A DNA stretch of 64,000 nucleotides from Nanobdellota archaeon (GCA_038045945.1 JBBSXC010000004.1:96001-160000); one strand, 5' to 3'; positions 19,007-30,755 are shown, counted from the stretch's first letter. A program made the numbers and translations. The notes: generated by a model from the sequence alone, not told the origin.

Positions 19007-20519
19007 TTACCTCATCTAGTAATTCTTTTCTTCTTAAAACTCTTTGGTATGAAACCGCGAAACGGTGGGCTTCATCACGAATAGCTTGCAATAGTTGTAA
19101 ACCCTTATTGTTTTTAGGGATAATTATTGAGTCTTTAGAGTGAGTTGTGAAAACTTCTTCCAATCTTTTAGCTAAAGAAATAAGCGGAATGCTTAAACCC
19201 AAGGATGCAAGAACGTCACGAGCAGCACTTAATTGACCTTTACCACCATCAATAATAATCAAGTCAGGTTTAGACAAACCATCTCTCTTAACCTTACTGT
19301 AACGCCTCTCTATAACCTCTGCAACAGCCAAAAAATCATCACCATGAGTTTGAGCACGAATCTTAAACTTACGATAATTAGCTTTGTCAGGCATACCATC
19401 CTTAAAAGAAACCATAGAAGCAACAGTATTAGTACCACCAAGGTGAGAAATATCAAAACATTCCATCCTAGAAGGAATCTTAGGAAGACTCAAAGCTTCT
19501 TGAAGTGCCTTAGTCCTCTCTGTACCAGCAAAAAAAGTTGCGTGAACATTCTTAATAACTAATTCTAACAAATCCTTCTTATCACCCTTAACTGGAACAA
19601 TAACAGAAACCTTTCTACCAGACTTTTTAGATAAATAAGTAGAAAACTCAGCACTAATAGCTTCAGGTATAATCACTTCTTGAGGAATAGGAGCAGAATC
19701 ATAATAAACTAGCAAGAATTCCTCTAAAAAATTATCTTTTTTAGAAAAAGAAAATTCTTCTTTACCCTCAAGAACTCCTTTACGAATAGAAAAAACAAGT
19801 AAGAATACTTGATCATTAGTTACAACATAATTAATGATGTGAGAATCAACGTTCCTAGTAAGCTCCATTAATTGCTTTTCCTTAAGACTCTTAAGAGCAG
19901 CAACTTGATTACGCAAAGTTATAGCGTACTCAAAAAACTCCCTACCAGAAGCAGTAGACATCTGTAACTCTAAATCAGCAATAAGCCCATCAACATCACC
20001 TTTCAAAATCCTGCGAGCCTGATTAATTCTCTGATTATAAGCTTCTTTATCAATAAGTTTTTTATGCCTTGGTGAAAGTCTCCTAGTAAAAACTTTAAAG
20101 TTACGAGTTAAAACTTCCATTAGAGACTTACGAATAGCACCAGAAACAAAAGGACCGTAGATCTCCCCTCCATCTTTACGCGATCGATCAACTTCTAAAT
20201 AAGGATAATCTCCTGAAACAATCCTAATATAAGCATACCTAGCAGCATCCTTAAGATCAATGTTATAACGAGGATAATTTTTCTTGATTAAAGTATTCTC
20301 CAAGATAAAAGCTTCAACTTCTGTTGAAGTAACTATGAAATCCACGTTAAGAATTTCGCTCACTAACAACAAGGTTTTTTGATCATGATCTTTTTTACTA
20401 AAATAACTACTAACTCTTTTACGTAAATCTTTTGCTTTACCAACATAAATAATTTTTCCGTTCTTATCCTTGAACAAGTAGCAACCCGGACCAGCTGGAA
20501 CTGATGATAAGTTAATCAT
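18987..20519 (-). CDS. uvrC: Excinuclease ABC subunit UvrC (shortened)
   Basis: GIY-YIG (PGCY, YVGKAK), ECFDISH, IDGGKGQL, RDEAHRFA; GAGGTGA SD before 20519. Confidence 0.93.
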   Translation of the reverse strand: MINLSSVPAGPGCYLFKDKNGKIIYVGKAKDLRKRVSSYFSKKDHDQKTLLLVSEILNVDFIVTSTEVEAFILENTLIKKNYPRYNIDLKDAARYAYIRIVSGDYPYLEVDRSRKDGGEIYGPFVSGAIRKSLMEVLTRNFKVFTRRLSPRHKKLIDKEAYNQRINQARRILKGDVDGLIADLELQMSTASGREFFEYAITLRNQVAALKSLKEKQLMELTRNVDSHIINYVVTNDQVFLLVFSIRKGVLEGKEEFSFSKKDNFLEEFLLVYYDSAPIPQEVIIPEAISAEFSTYLSKKSGRKVSVIVPVKGDKKDLLELVIKNVHATFFAGTERTKALQEALSLPKIPSRMECFDISHLGGTNTVASMVSFKDGMPDKANYRKFKIRAQTHGDDFLAVAEVIERRYSKVKRDGLSKPDLIIIDGGKGQLSAARDVLASLGLSIPLISLAKRLEEVFTTHSKDSIIIPKNNKGLQLLQAIRDEAHRFAVSYQRVLRRKELLDEVNDGSKS

Positions 20520-20526
20520 TAAAACT

Positions 20527-23325
20527 TCACCTCTTATCAAGAACTGGTTTTAAGAATTGTCCAGTATAACTTTTAGAGATTTTAACAACGTGTTCAGGCA
20601 CGCCTTGAGCAACTATTTGTCCACCACGATCGCCCCCTTCAGGGCCTAAATCAATAATCCAGTCAGCACACTTAATGACTTCTAAGTTGTGCTCAATAAT
20701 AACCATAGTGTTACCAGCATCCACCAATTTGTTAAGTACTTCTAAAAGATTTTTAACATCATGGAAGTGAAGACCAGTTGTCGGTTCATCAAGCAAATAA
20801 ACAGTTTTACCAGTACCACGCTTAGATAATTCACGAGTTAATTTAACTCTTTGAGCTTCACCACCACTAAGAGTAGTAGCTGACTGACCAACCTTTATGT
20901 AACCAAGACCAACATCAACAAGAGTTCTAAGCTTTCTATTAATGTTAGGAACAGACTCGAAAACACTCATTGCTTCCTCAACACTCATACTAAGAACATC
21001 AGCAATGGATTTACCTTTAAAATCAACCATTAATGTTTCTTTATTATACCTTTTACCCTTACATTCTTCACACTCAATATAAACATCTGGTAAAAAATTC
21101 ATTTCAATCTTAATAGTACCATCACCCTTACACTTTTCGCAGCGCCCCCCTTCAACATTGAATGAAAACCTGCCAGGACCATAACCTCTAATCTTAGCTT
21201 CACGAGTAGCAGCATAAAGATTTCTTATATCATCAAAAACTTTAATGTAAGTAGCAGGATTACTCCTAGGAGTTCTACCAATAGGGCTTTGATCAATAGT
21301 AATTATTTTATCAATATCAGCATCAATATCAATACTGTCATGCTTACCAGGACTTACAGAAGCACCTTCAAGCTTCTTCTTTAGTCCCTTGTTAACTATT
21401 TCTTCAACAAGAGTAGATTTACCACTACCGCTAACACCTGTAATACATGTTAACACTCCTGTTGGAATACGAACATCAATACCAGTAAGATTATTCTCTT
21501 TACAATTACTAAAAGTTATACTACCTTTCTCTTCCCTACGCTTAGGTGGAATTCTAATGTAACTTTTACCAGACAAATACTGACCAGTAATAGACTTAGG
21601 ATCAGCTATAATCTCTTTAGGAGTGCCTTGAGAAATAATATGACCCCCATGGATACCAGCACCAGGACCCATATCAACAACATAATCAGCTTTTCTAATA
21701 GTATCCTCGTCATGCTCAACAACAACCAAAGTATTACCCAAATCTCTAAGTCTATGAAGGGTCTCAATAAGTTTCATATTATCTCTTTGGTGAAGACCAA
21801 TTGATGGTTCATCAAGAATGTAAAGAACACCCATAAGGTTAGAACCAATCTGAGTAGCAAGCCTTATACGCTGAGCCTCACCACCAGAGAGAGTACCAGC
21901 ATGCCTACTCAGAGTAAGATAAGATAATCCAACATCATTAAGGAATGTTAATCTCGAGATTATTTCTTTAAGTATAAGTTTAGCTATTTCTTTATCACGA
22001 TTTTTAAGTTCTAAAGTATTAAAGAATGATAAGCATTTACTAATAGAATAATCAGTAAGATCAATTATTGATTTTTTAGCAACAGTAACAGAAAGGATCT
22101 TTTTCTTAAGCCGCTTGCCTTCACACTCGGGACAGGGGGAAGAACTCATAAACTTTTCCATTTCTTGCCTCCTCCAATCACTCTGCGTGCTCTTATACAA
22201 ACGGTCAGATTGAGGAATAACACCTTCGAAGCCACCTTGCATGTTCATGCTGCTACCATTACTCCAACGAGAGAAAATAGAAGTTTTAGAACCGTAAAGC
22301 AAAGTCTTTAGTTGCTCACTAGAAAACTTTTCTATGGGCATAAAGAGAGTAAAACCATGTTTTTTACCAACAACTTGTAATTGTTGAGCACGCCATGACA
22401 AATCCATCTTACCATAAACAGCAATAGCACCATCCATGATAGTCTTACTCTTATCAGGAATAACCAAGTCAGGATCAAACTCAATCTTAACACCAAGACC
22501 CTTACAATCCTCACAAGCGCCAAAAGGACTATTAAAAGAAAACATTCTAGGTTGCAATTCCTCAAAAGACATACCACAAACAGGACAAGCCATAAGTGTT
22601 GAATAAAGATGAGATTTTTCTTTCTCATCAAGAATAATAACTAAGCCACCACCTTTCTTAACAGCACTCTCAATACTTTCAGAAAGACGAGTCTTATCAC
22701 TAACACTAACTTTGTCAATATAAGCTTCAATATCATGCTTTTTGTAACGATCAAGCTTAACTTTCTCATCAGTGCGAAAAACCTTACCATTAATTCTAAC
22801 TTTAGAAAAACCCTCAGATGCTAAATCTTTAATTAATTGTTCATAAGTACCCTTCTTCTGACTAATAACAGGAGCAAGAACAGTAAGCTCACCCTTGAAT
22901 TCTTCAATTAACCGATTAGTTAATTGTTCAGGAGTCTGACCCTCAATTTTTTCACCATGATCAGGACAGTGGGGAATACCAATCCTAGCATATAATAATC
23001 TTAAATAATCATAAATCTCTGTAACTGTACCAACAGTACTACGAGGATTAGAACTAGTAGTTTTTTGTTCAATAGATATAGCAGGAGATAAACCATCAAT
23101 AGAATCAACATCAGGCTTATCCATAACACCTAAGAATTGTCTTGCATAAGCAGATAATGATTCAACATACCTTCTTTGACCCTCAGCGTAAAGAGTGTCA
23201 AAAGCCAAAGTAGACTTACCACTACCAGAAAGACCAGTAATAACTATCAATTTATCCCTTGGAAGAGTTAAGTTAATATTTTTTAGGTTATGCTCGCGAG
23301 CACCACGAATAATTATATCCTTCAT
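20527..23325 (-). CDS. uvrA: Excinuclease ABC subunit UvrA
   Basis: [25 protein letters not shown] twice, zinc fingers. Confidence 0.98.
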   Translation of the reverse strand: MKDIIIRGAREHNLKNINLTLPRDKLIVITGLSGSGKSTLAFDTLYAEGQRRYVESLSAYARQFLGVMDKPDVDSIDGLSPAISIEQKTTSSNPRSTVGTVTEIYDYLRLLYARIGIPHCPDHGEKIEGQTPEQLTNRLIEEFKGELTVLAPVISQKKGTYEQLIKDLASEGFSKVRINGKVFRTDEKVKLDRYKKHDIEAYIDKVSVSDKTRLSESIESAVKKGGGLVIILDEKEKSHLYSTLMACPVCGMSFEELQPRMFSFNSPFGACEDCKGLGVKIEFDPDLVIPDKSKTIMDGAIAVYGKMDLSWRAQQLQVVGKKHGFTLFMPIEKFSSEQLKTLLYGSKTSIFSRWSNGSSMNMQGGFEGVIPQSDRLYKSTQSDWRRQEMEKFMSSSPCPECEGKRLKKKILSVTVAKKSIIDLTDYSISKCLSFFNTLELKNRDKEIAKLILKEIISRLTFLNDVGLSYLTLSRHAGTLSGGEAQRIRLATQIGSNLMGVLYILDEPSIGLHQRDNMKLIETLHRLRDLGNTLVVVEHDEDTIRKADYVVDMGPGAGIHGGHIISQGTPKEIIADPKSITGQYLSGKSYIRIPPKRREEKGSITFSNCKENNLTGIDVRIPTGVLTCITGVSGSGKSTLVEEIVNKGLKKKLEGASVSPGKHDSIDIDADIDKIITIDQSPIGRTPRSNPATYIKVFDDIRNLYAATREAKIRGYGPGRFSFNVEGGRCEKCKGDGTIKIEMNFLPDVYIECEECKGKRYNKETLMVDFKGKSIADVLSMSVEEAMSVFESVPNINRKLRTLVDVGLGYIKVGQSATTLSGGEAQRVKLTRELSKRGTGKTVYLLDEPTTGLHFHDVKNLLEVLNKLVDAGNTMVIIEHNLEVIKCADWIIDLGPEGGDRGGQIVAQGVPEHVVKISKSYTGQFLKPVLDKR

Positions 23326-23433
23326 GATAAAAAATGACCAATATTTGAGTTTAAATATATTAGGAAAGGAAAATAGGAATTTATTACTTCTTCATAATGT
23401 CAAGAATATTAATTCTTGACCACCTCGAAAACA

Positions 23434-23616
23434 TTAAAGTTTTCTCAGTCCTAAACTTTTGAGCATATTCATACGCTCATCGTGATCTTCTTTAGAAACA
23501 GTAGGGCTTTCAGACATAACTTTTTCATGAGTAGCAGCGCCCGCATCAGCACGGCGAGCACGATTATTCTGAATTATTCTAGAAACCATACGCTTCTTGG
23601 TACCCATAGTCGCCAT
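23434..23616 (-). CDS. Small hypothetical protein (60 aa)
   Basis: MATMGTKKRMVSRIIQNNRARR...RMNMLKSLGLRKL; basic N-terminus. Confidence 0.65.
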   Translation of the reverse strand: MATMGTKKRMVSRIIQNNRARRADAGAATHEKVMSESPTVSKEDHDERMNMLKSLGLRKL

Positions 23617-23661
23617 AAACAAAAAAAGAAAAGACAGTATAAAAATCTTTAGTAAAAAAAC

Positions 23662-23766
23662 TTATAATTCTGGGGGTTTAAGTCTGCGCGTAAATGTTGT
23701 ATCTTCGCCAAGCCTCTTTGTTGTTATTAGTCTTTCTCGTTTTTGTTTTGTTTTGTTCATCCTCAT
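23662..23766 (-). CDS. Small basic protein (34 aa, not in ORF track)
   Basis: MRMNKTKQKRERLITTKRLGEDTTFTRRLKPPEL; perfect GGAGGTGA SD about 10 nt upstream. Confidence 0.55.
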   Translation of the reverse strand: MRMNKTKQKRERLITTKRLGEDTTFTRRLKPPEL

Positions 23767-23964
23767 TTTTTTTATTTCACCTCCAGTGAAATGTTTAGTA
23801 TAGAATGTTCAAGATAATCCCTTTTAAACCGATTATTAAACAAAAATCTAAATTAGAAATAAGTAAAACAAATACATAAGGCTTAAAAGCGAAAGAAAAA
23901 TTCCGACGCGAAAAACAAAAGGATATTAAAGAAAAAAATAAAATAAAAAAATAAAAGTTTTTTA

Positions 23965-24135
23965 TTATCTTCTCTTAGACTCGCTCACATGACCAAAACA
24001 TTTCTTACAAGTAAATGAGTGAATGATAAGCACAATTGAAGCTATCAAAACAACCCACATAGAAATGCTAGTAGTCCAAAGAGTGAAAACCAAGATGATA
24101 ACACCAAGGATTAACTCACACCAACTTTTGCACAT
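23965..24135 (-). CDS. Small membrane protein (56 aa)
   Basis: GGAGGT SD before MCKSWCELILG; two TM helices and a CKKC tail. Confidence 0.7.
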   Translation of the reverse strand: MCKSWCELILGVIILVFTLWTTSISMWVVLIASIVLIIHSFTCKKCFGHVSESKRR

Positions 24136-24322
24136 AGTTTCATATACCTCCAAAATAAGATTAGAGCAAGGAGTTAATAAATATGCCCGCGAGGGACAAA
24201 AAAGCTTAAAGAAGCAGAAAAAGAGCATAATAAGCCCTAATAACCCAGAAGATTCATAAAATAGCAAGGATTTTTATATACAGATAACCTCGATAAGTAA
24301 TAAGGGAAAAAAGAGGTATAGA

Positions 24323-26200
24323 GTGATGAACGAACAATTAAGCATTGAAGAATTAAGAGACGTAGCAAACATTCTAAGAAGAGACTCATTAATATCAACA
24401 AGCGCAGCACAAAGCGGACACCCTAGCAGTTGCTTATCATGCGCAGAAATAATGAGCACTTTATGGTTTAAGGAAATGAGTTATAACACCAAGAATTCTG
24501 AAGACCCAGACAATGACGAATTCATATTATCAAAAGGACACGCAAGCCCAATTCTTTATTCATGCCTAATAAGATCAGGATGCATAAATGAAAACATTAA
24601 AGATTTAAGAAAACAAAAAAGCCCATTAGAAGGGCACGCGAACCCATCATCAATAAAATGGGTTAAGGCAGCAACAGGATCATTAGGACAAGGATTATCA
24701 GTAGGATTAGGAATGGCGTTAGCAACAAAAATGAGTGGAAGAAAAAACAAAGTTTACGTTTTATTAGGAGATGGGGAAATGGCAGAAGGATCAATATATG
24801 AAGCCTTAGAATTCGGAAAAAAGTATTCATTAAGAAACGTTTGCGCAATAGTGGATTGTAACAGACTAGCACAAAACGGAGAAAGCATAGAAGGACACAA
24901 CACAGAAAGCTACAAAAGAAGGTTCGAAGCATTCGGGTGGAAAGCAGTAGTAATTGACGGACACGATATATCACAAATAACAAACGCCATACACTCATTC
25001 AAAACAAACACTCTTGAAAGACCTTTTGCAATAATAGCAAAAACAACCAAAGGAAAAGGAGTAAGCTTCTTAGAAAACGCAGAAGGAAAACACGGAGTAG
25101 CACTAACAAAAGAAGAACTAAAAAAAGCATTAGGAGAATTACCAAACAAAAAAATGCCATCATTCACAATTAACAAACCAGAAAAATTTGAAGAAACAAA
25201 AATAAAACACGAAAAGATAAAAGTAGAAGAGTACAACCCAAAAAAAGGCAAAGAATCCTCCACCAGAGAAGCCTACGGAAGAACACTGGCAGAACTAGCA
25301 ATAAAAAACGATAAATTATTAGTTATTGACGCAGGAGTTAGCAACTCAACAAAAGCAGAAGAAATAAAAAAGTATAGGCCAAAACAATTCATTGAAGCAT
25401 TCATAGCAGAACAAAACATGATAGGAGTAGCACAGGGACTCGCAATAAAAGGCTACGACGTATTCGCATCAACATTTGCATCATTCTTAACAAGAGCAGC
25501 AGACCAAATAAGAATACTAGGAATATCAAAACCTAGAAACAACCTAACAATTTGCGGATCACACTGTGGAGTATCAATAGGGCAAGATGGAGCAAGCCAA
25601 ATGGGACTAGAGGACATAAGCCTATTTCGAGCCATTCCAGAAAGCACAATACTCTACCCAAGCGATGCCGTATCAACAAAAAAAATAGTTGATATGTGCG
25701 CAAACCAAAAGATCCCAGGAATAAAATATATCAGAACAACAAGACCATCAACAACAACAATTTATGATATTAATGACAAAAAAGAAAATTTTGTTATAGG
25801 AGAATTCAAAACTATTAAGGAATCTAAAAAAGATGAAATAACGCTTATAGGTGCAGGAATAACACTACACGAATGCATTAAAGCACAAAAAGAACTAAAA
25901 AATAAAGGAACAAACGCAAGCGTGATAGACTTATACTGCATTAAACCAATAAATGGTAAAAAGTTAGGAGAGTTCATCAAGAGTCACGGAGGAAAAGCTT
26001 TAGTTGTTGAAGACCACCACCCAGAAGGGGGAATTAAAGAAGCAGTTATGAGCGCAACAGAAAACAATGAAATCATTATTGAGGGATTATCAGTAAAAGG
26101 AATTCCGCACTCAGCAACAAAAGAAGAATTATTATCAATAAGTGGCATAGACTCAAAAAGCATAATTAATAAAGTCAGAGAATTACTCTCAAGTAAATGA
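24323..26200 (+). CDS. tkt: Transketolase (single chain)
   Basis: SGHPSS, ILSKGHA, GSLGQG, GDGE..EG, IAEQNM, HCGVSIGQDGASQ. Confidence 0.95.
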   Translation: MMNEQLSIEELRDVANILRRDSLISTSAAQSGHPSSCLSCAEIMSTLWFKEMSYNTKNSEDPDNDEFILSKGHASPILYSCLIRSGCINENIKDLRKQKSPLEGHANPSSIKWVKAATGSLGQGLSVGLGMALATKMSGRKNKVYVLLGDGEMAEGSIYEALEFGKKYSLRNVCAIVDCNRLAQNGESIEGHNTESYKRRFEAFGWKAVVIDGHDISQITNAIHSFKTNTLERPFAIIAKTTKGKGVSFLENAEGKHGVALTKEELKKALGELPNKKMPSFTINKPEKFEETKIKHEKIKVEEYNPKKGKESSTREAYGRTLAELAIKNDKLLVIDAGVSNSTKAEEIKKYRPKQFIEAFIAEQNMIGVAQGLAIKGYDVFASTFASFLTRAADQIRILGISKPRNNLTICGSHCGVSIGQDGASQMGLEDISLFRAIPESTILYPSDAVSTKKIVDMCANQKIPGIKYIRTTRPSTTTIYDINDKKENFVIGEFKTIKESKKDEITLIGAGITLHECIKAQKELKNKGTNASVIDLYCIKPINGKKLGEFIKSHGGKALVVEDHHPEGGIKEAVMSATENNEIIIEGLSVKGIPHSATKEELLSISGIDSKSIINKVRELLSSK

Positions 26201-26213
26201 GGATTGACTAATA

Positions 26214-26897
26214 ATGATTGTTTTAGACACAGAAGCTAGCGGAATAAACAGAGAAATTAACGGACTATGGCAAATAGGAGCATTCGAACTTGAAAACCCG
26301 AAAAACGTCTTTCTGATGGAATCAAGAATTGATGATGAAGACGAAGTCCACCCAAGCGCACTAAAACTACTAGAAAAAACTGAAGAAGAACTAAGAGACA
26401 AAAAAAAGATTAGTCAAAAAGAATTAATAAAAAAGTTTTTTGATTGGTCAAACAAAATAAAAAATAAGAATATCATAGCACAAAACCCCACCTTCGATGT
26501 AGGATTCTTAGAAAAAAAGTCAACAAAGTACGGACTTCACGATCCAAGAGTTGTGGGAGGACAAGGATCATTCCCGCTCCCATATAGAAGTTTTGATTTA
26601 CACGCAGTAGCCCAAACAGTTTATATGAAAATTCATGGATCGTTATTAATGAAAGATGACAAAAGTGATATGGGCCTGTCAAACGTTCTAAAAATGTGCG
26701 GTATAGAAGACTTAAGGAAAAAACTCCATAACGGAGTAGTAGTTAAGGAAGGGTCAGCTCACAACGCATTAGAAGATGCAAAACTAACAGGAGAAGCATT
26801 CTACAGATTAATGTACGGGAAAAACTTACTACCAGAATTCAAAAAGTTCCCAATACCAGACTACCTAAAACAAAAGATTCTCAAAAACAAAAAATGA
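26214..26897 (+). CDS. DEDDh 3'-5' exonuclease
   Basis: DTE, N..FD, HNALEDA. Confidence 0.88.
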   Translation: MIVLDTEASGINREINGLWQIGAFELENPKNVFLMESRIDDEDEVHPSALKLLEKTEEELRDKKKISQKELIKKFFDWSNKIKNKNIIAQNPTFDVGFLEKKSTKYGLHDPRVVGGQGSFPLPYRSFDLHAVAQTVYMKIHGSLLMKDDKSDMGLSNVLKMCGIEDLRKKLHNGVVVKEGSAHNALEDAKLTGEAFYRLMYGKNLLPEFKKFPIPDYLKQKILKNKK

Positions 26898-27889
26898 TGA
26901 AAATAGCATTCTTCGAAGTAAAAGATCATGAAGAAAAAATCTTTAAAGAAAAACTAAAAGGACACAAATTATCATTTTACAAAGAAGCACTAAACGAAAA
27001 AAACGCTAGCAAAGCTAAGGATTCAGACATAATCTCAATTTTCGTTTATTCTAAAGCAAACAAGCAAGCGTTAGAGAAGATTAGTAATCTTAAACTAATA
27101 ACAACAAGATCAACAGGCTTTGACCACATAGACCTAGAATACTGTAAAAACAAAGGAATAATCGCATGCAACGTCCCAGTATACGCAGAACACTCAGTAG
27201 CAGAACACGCGATGGCATTACTACTAGCAATATCAAGAAACATAACAAAATCGTACGTTAGAATACACAAAAATAATTTCTCAATAGAAGGATTAGAAGG
27301 ATTTGATATTAGCGGTAAAACCATAGGCATACTAGGAACAGGACACATAGGAATACACATGATGAGGATGGCTAAAGGTTTTGAGATGAAAATAATAGCT
27401 TACAGTAAAGGAATTAATAAAGAATTAGAAAGAAAAGAAGGATTCCAGTACGTAAAATTTAATGAATTATTAAAAAAATCAGATATAATCAGCATACACT
27501 TACCGTTAAACACAGAAACGAAACACTTGATAAATAAAGAAACAATAAAAAAGATGAAAAAAGGAGTAATAATAATCAATACAGCCAGAGGAGAAATAAT
27601 TGATACTAAAGCATTAATCGATGGAATAAAAAAAGGCATTATTGGAGGAGCAGGACTTGATGTAATAGAGGGAGAAAACATAATAAAAAAAGGAAACCAC
27701 CAAAAACTTGACCCAAAATTATTCAGATTATTAGCTGACGACCACAAAATACTAAACAACGAAAAAGTAATATTCACACCACACATAGCGTTCTACAGTA
27801 AAGAATCATCACAAAACCTGTTAAATTCCTCGATTGAGAATATTCAATCATTCATAAATAATAAAACAAAAAACTCCATAATAAAATGA
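26894..27889 (+). CDS. D-2-hydroxyacid (D-lactate-like) dehydrogenase
   Basis: RSTGFDH, VAEH, GTGHIG, INTARG, LDVIEGE, TPHIAF. Confidence 0.92.
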   Translation: MMKIAFFEVKDHEEKIFKEKLKGHKLSFYKEALNEKNASKAKDSDIISIFVYSKANKQALEKISNLKLITTRSTGFDHIDLEYCKNKGIIACNVPVYAEHSVAEHAMALLLAISRNITKSYVRIHKNNFSIEGLEGFDISGKTIGILGTGHIGIHMMRMAKGFEMKIIAYSKGINKELERKEGFQYVKFNELLKKSDIISIHLPLNTETKHLINKETIKKMKKGVIIINTARGEIIDTKALIDGIKKGIIGGAGLDVIEGENIIKKGNHQKLDPKLFRLLADDHKILNNEKVIFTPHIAFYSKESSQNLLNSSIENIQSFINNKTKNSIIK

Positions 27890-27940
27890 AAAAATTTAGT
27901 AAAATTTTATACATTAAACTTAGAAAATCGAAAATTTAGT

Positions 27941-28873
27941 ATGAAAAAGTTTGATGTTATAACAATCGGCAGCGCATCAATCGATTTATTCCTAAAAATA
28001 GGAAAAAACAAAGCAGCAAAAGAAGAACACCACAGTTTACTATACCACCTAGGAGAAAAATTACCAGTTGAGGACATAATAGAAACAACAGGAGGAGGAG
28101 CAACTAACACAGCAGTAGCGTTCTCTAGATTAGGCCTAGCAACTGGAACAATAATAAGTGTCGGAAGTGACGAAAACGGGAAAAAAATACTTAAAGAATT
28201 AAGAAAAGAGGGAATAAGCTTTTTAGGAACAAGAAAAAAAGGGAAAACTGGAACATCAATAATTTTGCCAGGAAATAACGACAGAACAATACTAGTATAC
28301 TCAGGAGTAAACAACGAACTCGAAACAAAAGAAGTAGAAAAAAACTTGCTTGGAGTAAGCACTGACTGGTTATACGTATCAACACTTAGAGGAAAGGGCC
28401 TGAAAACTATTGATCAACTAACAAAAATTTTCCGCGATAAAGGAACAAGAATAGCCATGAATATTAGCATGTACCTAGCAAAAAAAGGACTGGTCGAACT
28501 TAAAGAATTATTATCAAGAATTGATGTGCTGATAATGAATAAAGAAGAATTATTAGAATTATCTAAAACAAAAAACTTCCAAGCAGCGATGGAAAAAACA
28601 GCAAAAGTAGTTAAGGGAATTATAATTATGACTGATGGACCTAAAGAAATAAAACTCTACAACTCAATAACAGGAGAAAAGATTACGAAAAAAGTTGAGA
28701 AAGTAAAAGTTGTTGATTCAACAGGTGCTGGTGACGCTTTCTCAAGTGGATTTACTTACGCAATAATAAAAGGAGAAACATCAAGCAGAGCACTAATTTA
28801 CGGAATTAAAGAAGCTAAAGAAAAACTTAAGGGGATAGGGGCAAAAAGCGGACTAATCAGGAGAAGAAAGTAA
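27941..28873 (+). CDS. PfkB/ribokinase family carbohydrate kinase
   Basis: GGGATNTA, DSTGAGDAF. Confidence 0.92.
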   Translation: MKKFDVITIGSASIDLFLKIGKNKAAKEEHHSLLYHLGEKLPVEDIIETTGGGATNTAVAFSRLGLATGTIISVGSDENGKKILKELRKEGISFLGTRKKGKTGTSIILPGNNDRTILVYSGVNNELETKEVEKNLLGVSTDWLYVSTLRGKGLKTIDQLTKIFRDKGTRIAMNISMYLAKKGLVELKELLSRIDVLIMNKEELLELSKTKNFQAAMEKTAKVVKGIIIMTDGPKEIKLYNSITGEKITKKVEKVKVVDSTGAGDAFSSGFTYAIIKGETSSRALIYGIKEAKEKLKGIGAKSGLIRRRK

Positions 28874-28874
28874 A

Positions 28875-29669
28875 ATGCCAAAAGATAGAGGGATAGAACA
28901 CGCAAATAGACAATTTGATATGAGCAGATTAATTGACGAAAAGCTAAGACGCAAGAAGAAAATAAGAATTCTTGATGCAGGTTGCGGATATGGAGTTGCC
29001 ATGATTGAAATAGCAAAAAAGTATGGCGATAGAGTCGAAGTTCATGGTTTCCTAGACAACAGCAATTGTGGAAACCAAAACATAATGAAAGAGCAAGCAG
29101 TAATAAAGGGGGTATACACAAGAGACGAGATAAAGAAAGCTAGAAAATTCCCAACCTACCACTTCTTTGATGGAAGCAACAAATGGCCATTGCCTTCAAA
29201 TTATTTTGATATTATCTACAGTATGGCTGCTATTTACTTAGTTGATGATAAAGTTAATTTCCTTCAAGAAGCAAATAGAGTTTTAGCAAAAAACGGAGTA
29301 GCAAGAATAAGCTCACCCGTACCAAAAGTGCAATGGGAAGGAAAAAGATTGAGAAGCCATAAACAAAAAGGCTATCCGAAATGGTACTACAACTATTACG
29401 AGGTCTGGAATAACGGTAAAGAAGTAGAATTTCACGAATACATTAAGAAATTCAGAGGAGTCAAGGTTGAATTGTACAAGAATAAAGTAAAGGGGAGAAA
29501 TTATATAGAAATAAAGAAACAACCAAAACTTGACCTAAAATTAAGACTTGTTGCATCAATAGATTATAACTTTCTGTGGAAAGAATGGCAAGGAGTAAAA
29601 TCAATATACACTACACAGTTATCCTTTAAACCAAATTATAAAAAAGATGATAAATATTACTTAAAATAA
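28875..29669 (+). CDS. Class I SAM-dependent methyltransferase
   Basis: ILDAGCGYG, FDIIYS, RVLAKNG. Confidence 0.85.
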   Translation: MPKDRGIEHANRQFDMSRLIDEKLRRKKKIRILDAGCGYGVAMIEIAKKYGDRVEVHGFLDNSNCGNQNIMKEQAVIKGVYTRDEIKKARKFPTYHFFDGSNKWPLPSNYFDIIYSMAAIYLVDDKVNFLQEANRVLAKNGVARISSPVPKVQWEGKRLRSHKQKGYPKWYYNYYEVWNNGKEVEFHEYIKKFRGVKVELYKNKVKGRNYIEIKKQPKLDLKLRLVASIDYNFLWKEWQGVKSIYTTQLSFKPNYKKDDKYYLK

Positions 29670-30316
29670 CTCTCTAATTCTTTAATAGTTTTTTTAGGAT
29701 TATCTGAAGCGTTAACTAAAGAACCAGAATTAATAATATTAACACCCGCATTAGCAAGTTTTTTAGCAGTAAAAAGATTTATGCCACCATCAATTTGTAT
29801 AACCACATCACGATCAAAATTTCTTAAAGTCTTAATACGATCATAAGTTGAAGAAATAAGAGATTGGCGTTCAAGACCAGGATTAACACCCATTAATAAG
29901 AATCCATCAACAAAAGGAACAAAAAGACCAACGTTAAGAACACTTGTACTTGGGCTAACAGCAAGAAAGACTTTCATACCAGAAAACTTAATTTTTTCAA
30001 TAAGTGACAAAATTTCACCCTTATCTTTTATTGATTCATAATGAAAAATTATTTTTTTAAAACCCTTATCTTTCAACTTATTAATCCACGTTTGAGGTTT
30101 CTCAACCATTAAGTGAGCCTCAAAAACATTACTAAGTTTTGTTAGGTTAGGAATAACAGCTAACGACACAGATTTTCCTTTAACGAACTTACCATCCATA
30201 AAATCAATCTGTAAGTGTTTTGAGACCTTAACCAACTTTTTGAACTTTTTAAAAAATTCTTCTTTAGAAGTGGAAAAAATTGTTGGTATTACGTGAACCA
30301 TCGTTTTATTATTCAT
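29657..30316 (-). CDS. rpe: Ribulose-phosphate 3-epimerase
   Basis: QIDFMDGKFV, EAHLMV, MGVNPG, IDGGI; start uncertain (30301-30319). Confidence 0.92.
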   Translation of the reverse strand: MNNKTMVHVIPTIFSTSKEEFFKKFKKLVKVSKHLQIDFMDGKFVKGKSVSLAVIPNLTKLSNVFEAHLMVEKPQTWINKLKDKGFKKIIFHYESIKDKGEILSLIEKIKFSGMKVFLAVSPSTSVLNVGLFVPFVDGFLLMGVNPGLERQSLISSTYDRIKTLRNFDRDVVIQIDGGINLFTAKKLANAGVNIINSGSLVNASDNPKKTIKELESYFK

Positions 30317-30755
30317 CAAGTTCCCTTATCCTTCTAACATGCCTGGACTTACCACTAAAAGGAGTTGATAACCAAATATTCATCAAATGAACATTTTCTT
30401 TATCAGAAAACTTTCTAGCTCTTAAGCACAAAACGTTAGAATCCTCATCTGAACGGGACATCTTAGCAGTATAAGCATCATAAGCATCAACTGCTCTAAT
30501 ACTCTTAAGCCTATTAGCAGCAATGCTCATACCAATACCAGAACCACAAATAAGTATTCCCTTACTACCGCTATTCTGCCTTACAGCCCTAGAAACCCTA
30601 AAGGCGTGCTCAGGATAATCATCATTTTCATTTAATTCTGGGGATAAATCATTAACTAAGTAGCCCTTCTTTATGAGTAAAGGACGAATTTTCTCTTTTA
30701 GCTTAAAACCTGCATGGTCAGCCCCAAGGAATACTTTAATTATTTTATTTTTCAT
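30309..30755 (-). CDS. rpiB: Ribose-5-phosphate isomerase B
   Basis: GADHAG, DDYP, CGSGIGMSIAAN, RHVRR. Confidence 0.93.
   Translation of the reverse strand: MKNKIIKVFLGADHAGFKLKEKIRPLLIKKGYLVNDLSPELNENDDYPEHAFRVSRAVRQNSGSKGILICGSGIGMSIAANRLKSIRAVDAYDAYTAKMSRSDEDSNVLCLRARKFSDKENVHLMNIWLSTPFSGKSRHVRRIRELDE

Noticed and set aside
18900-19050. Frameshifted uvrC HhH domain
   Set aside because: The downstream sequence is an intact deaminase gene with its own SD
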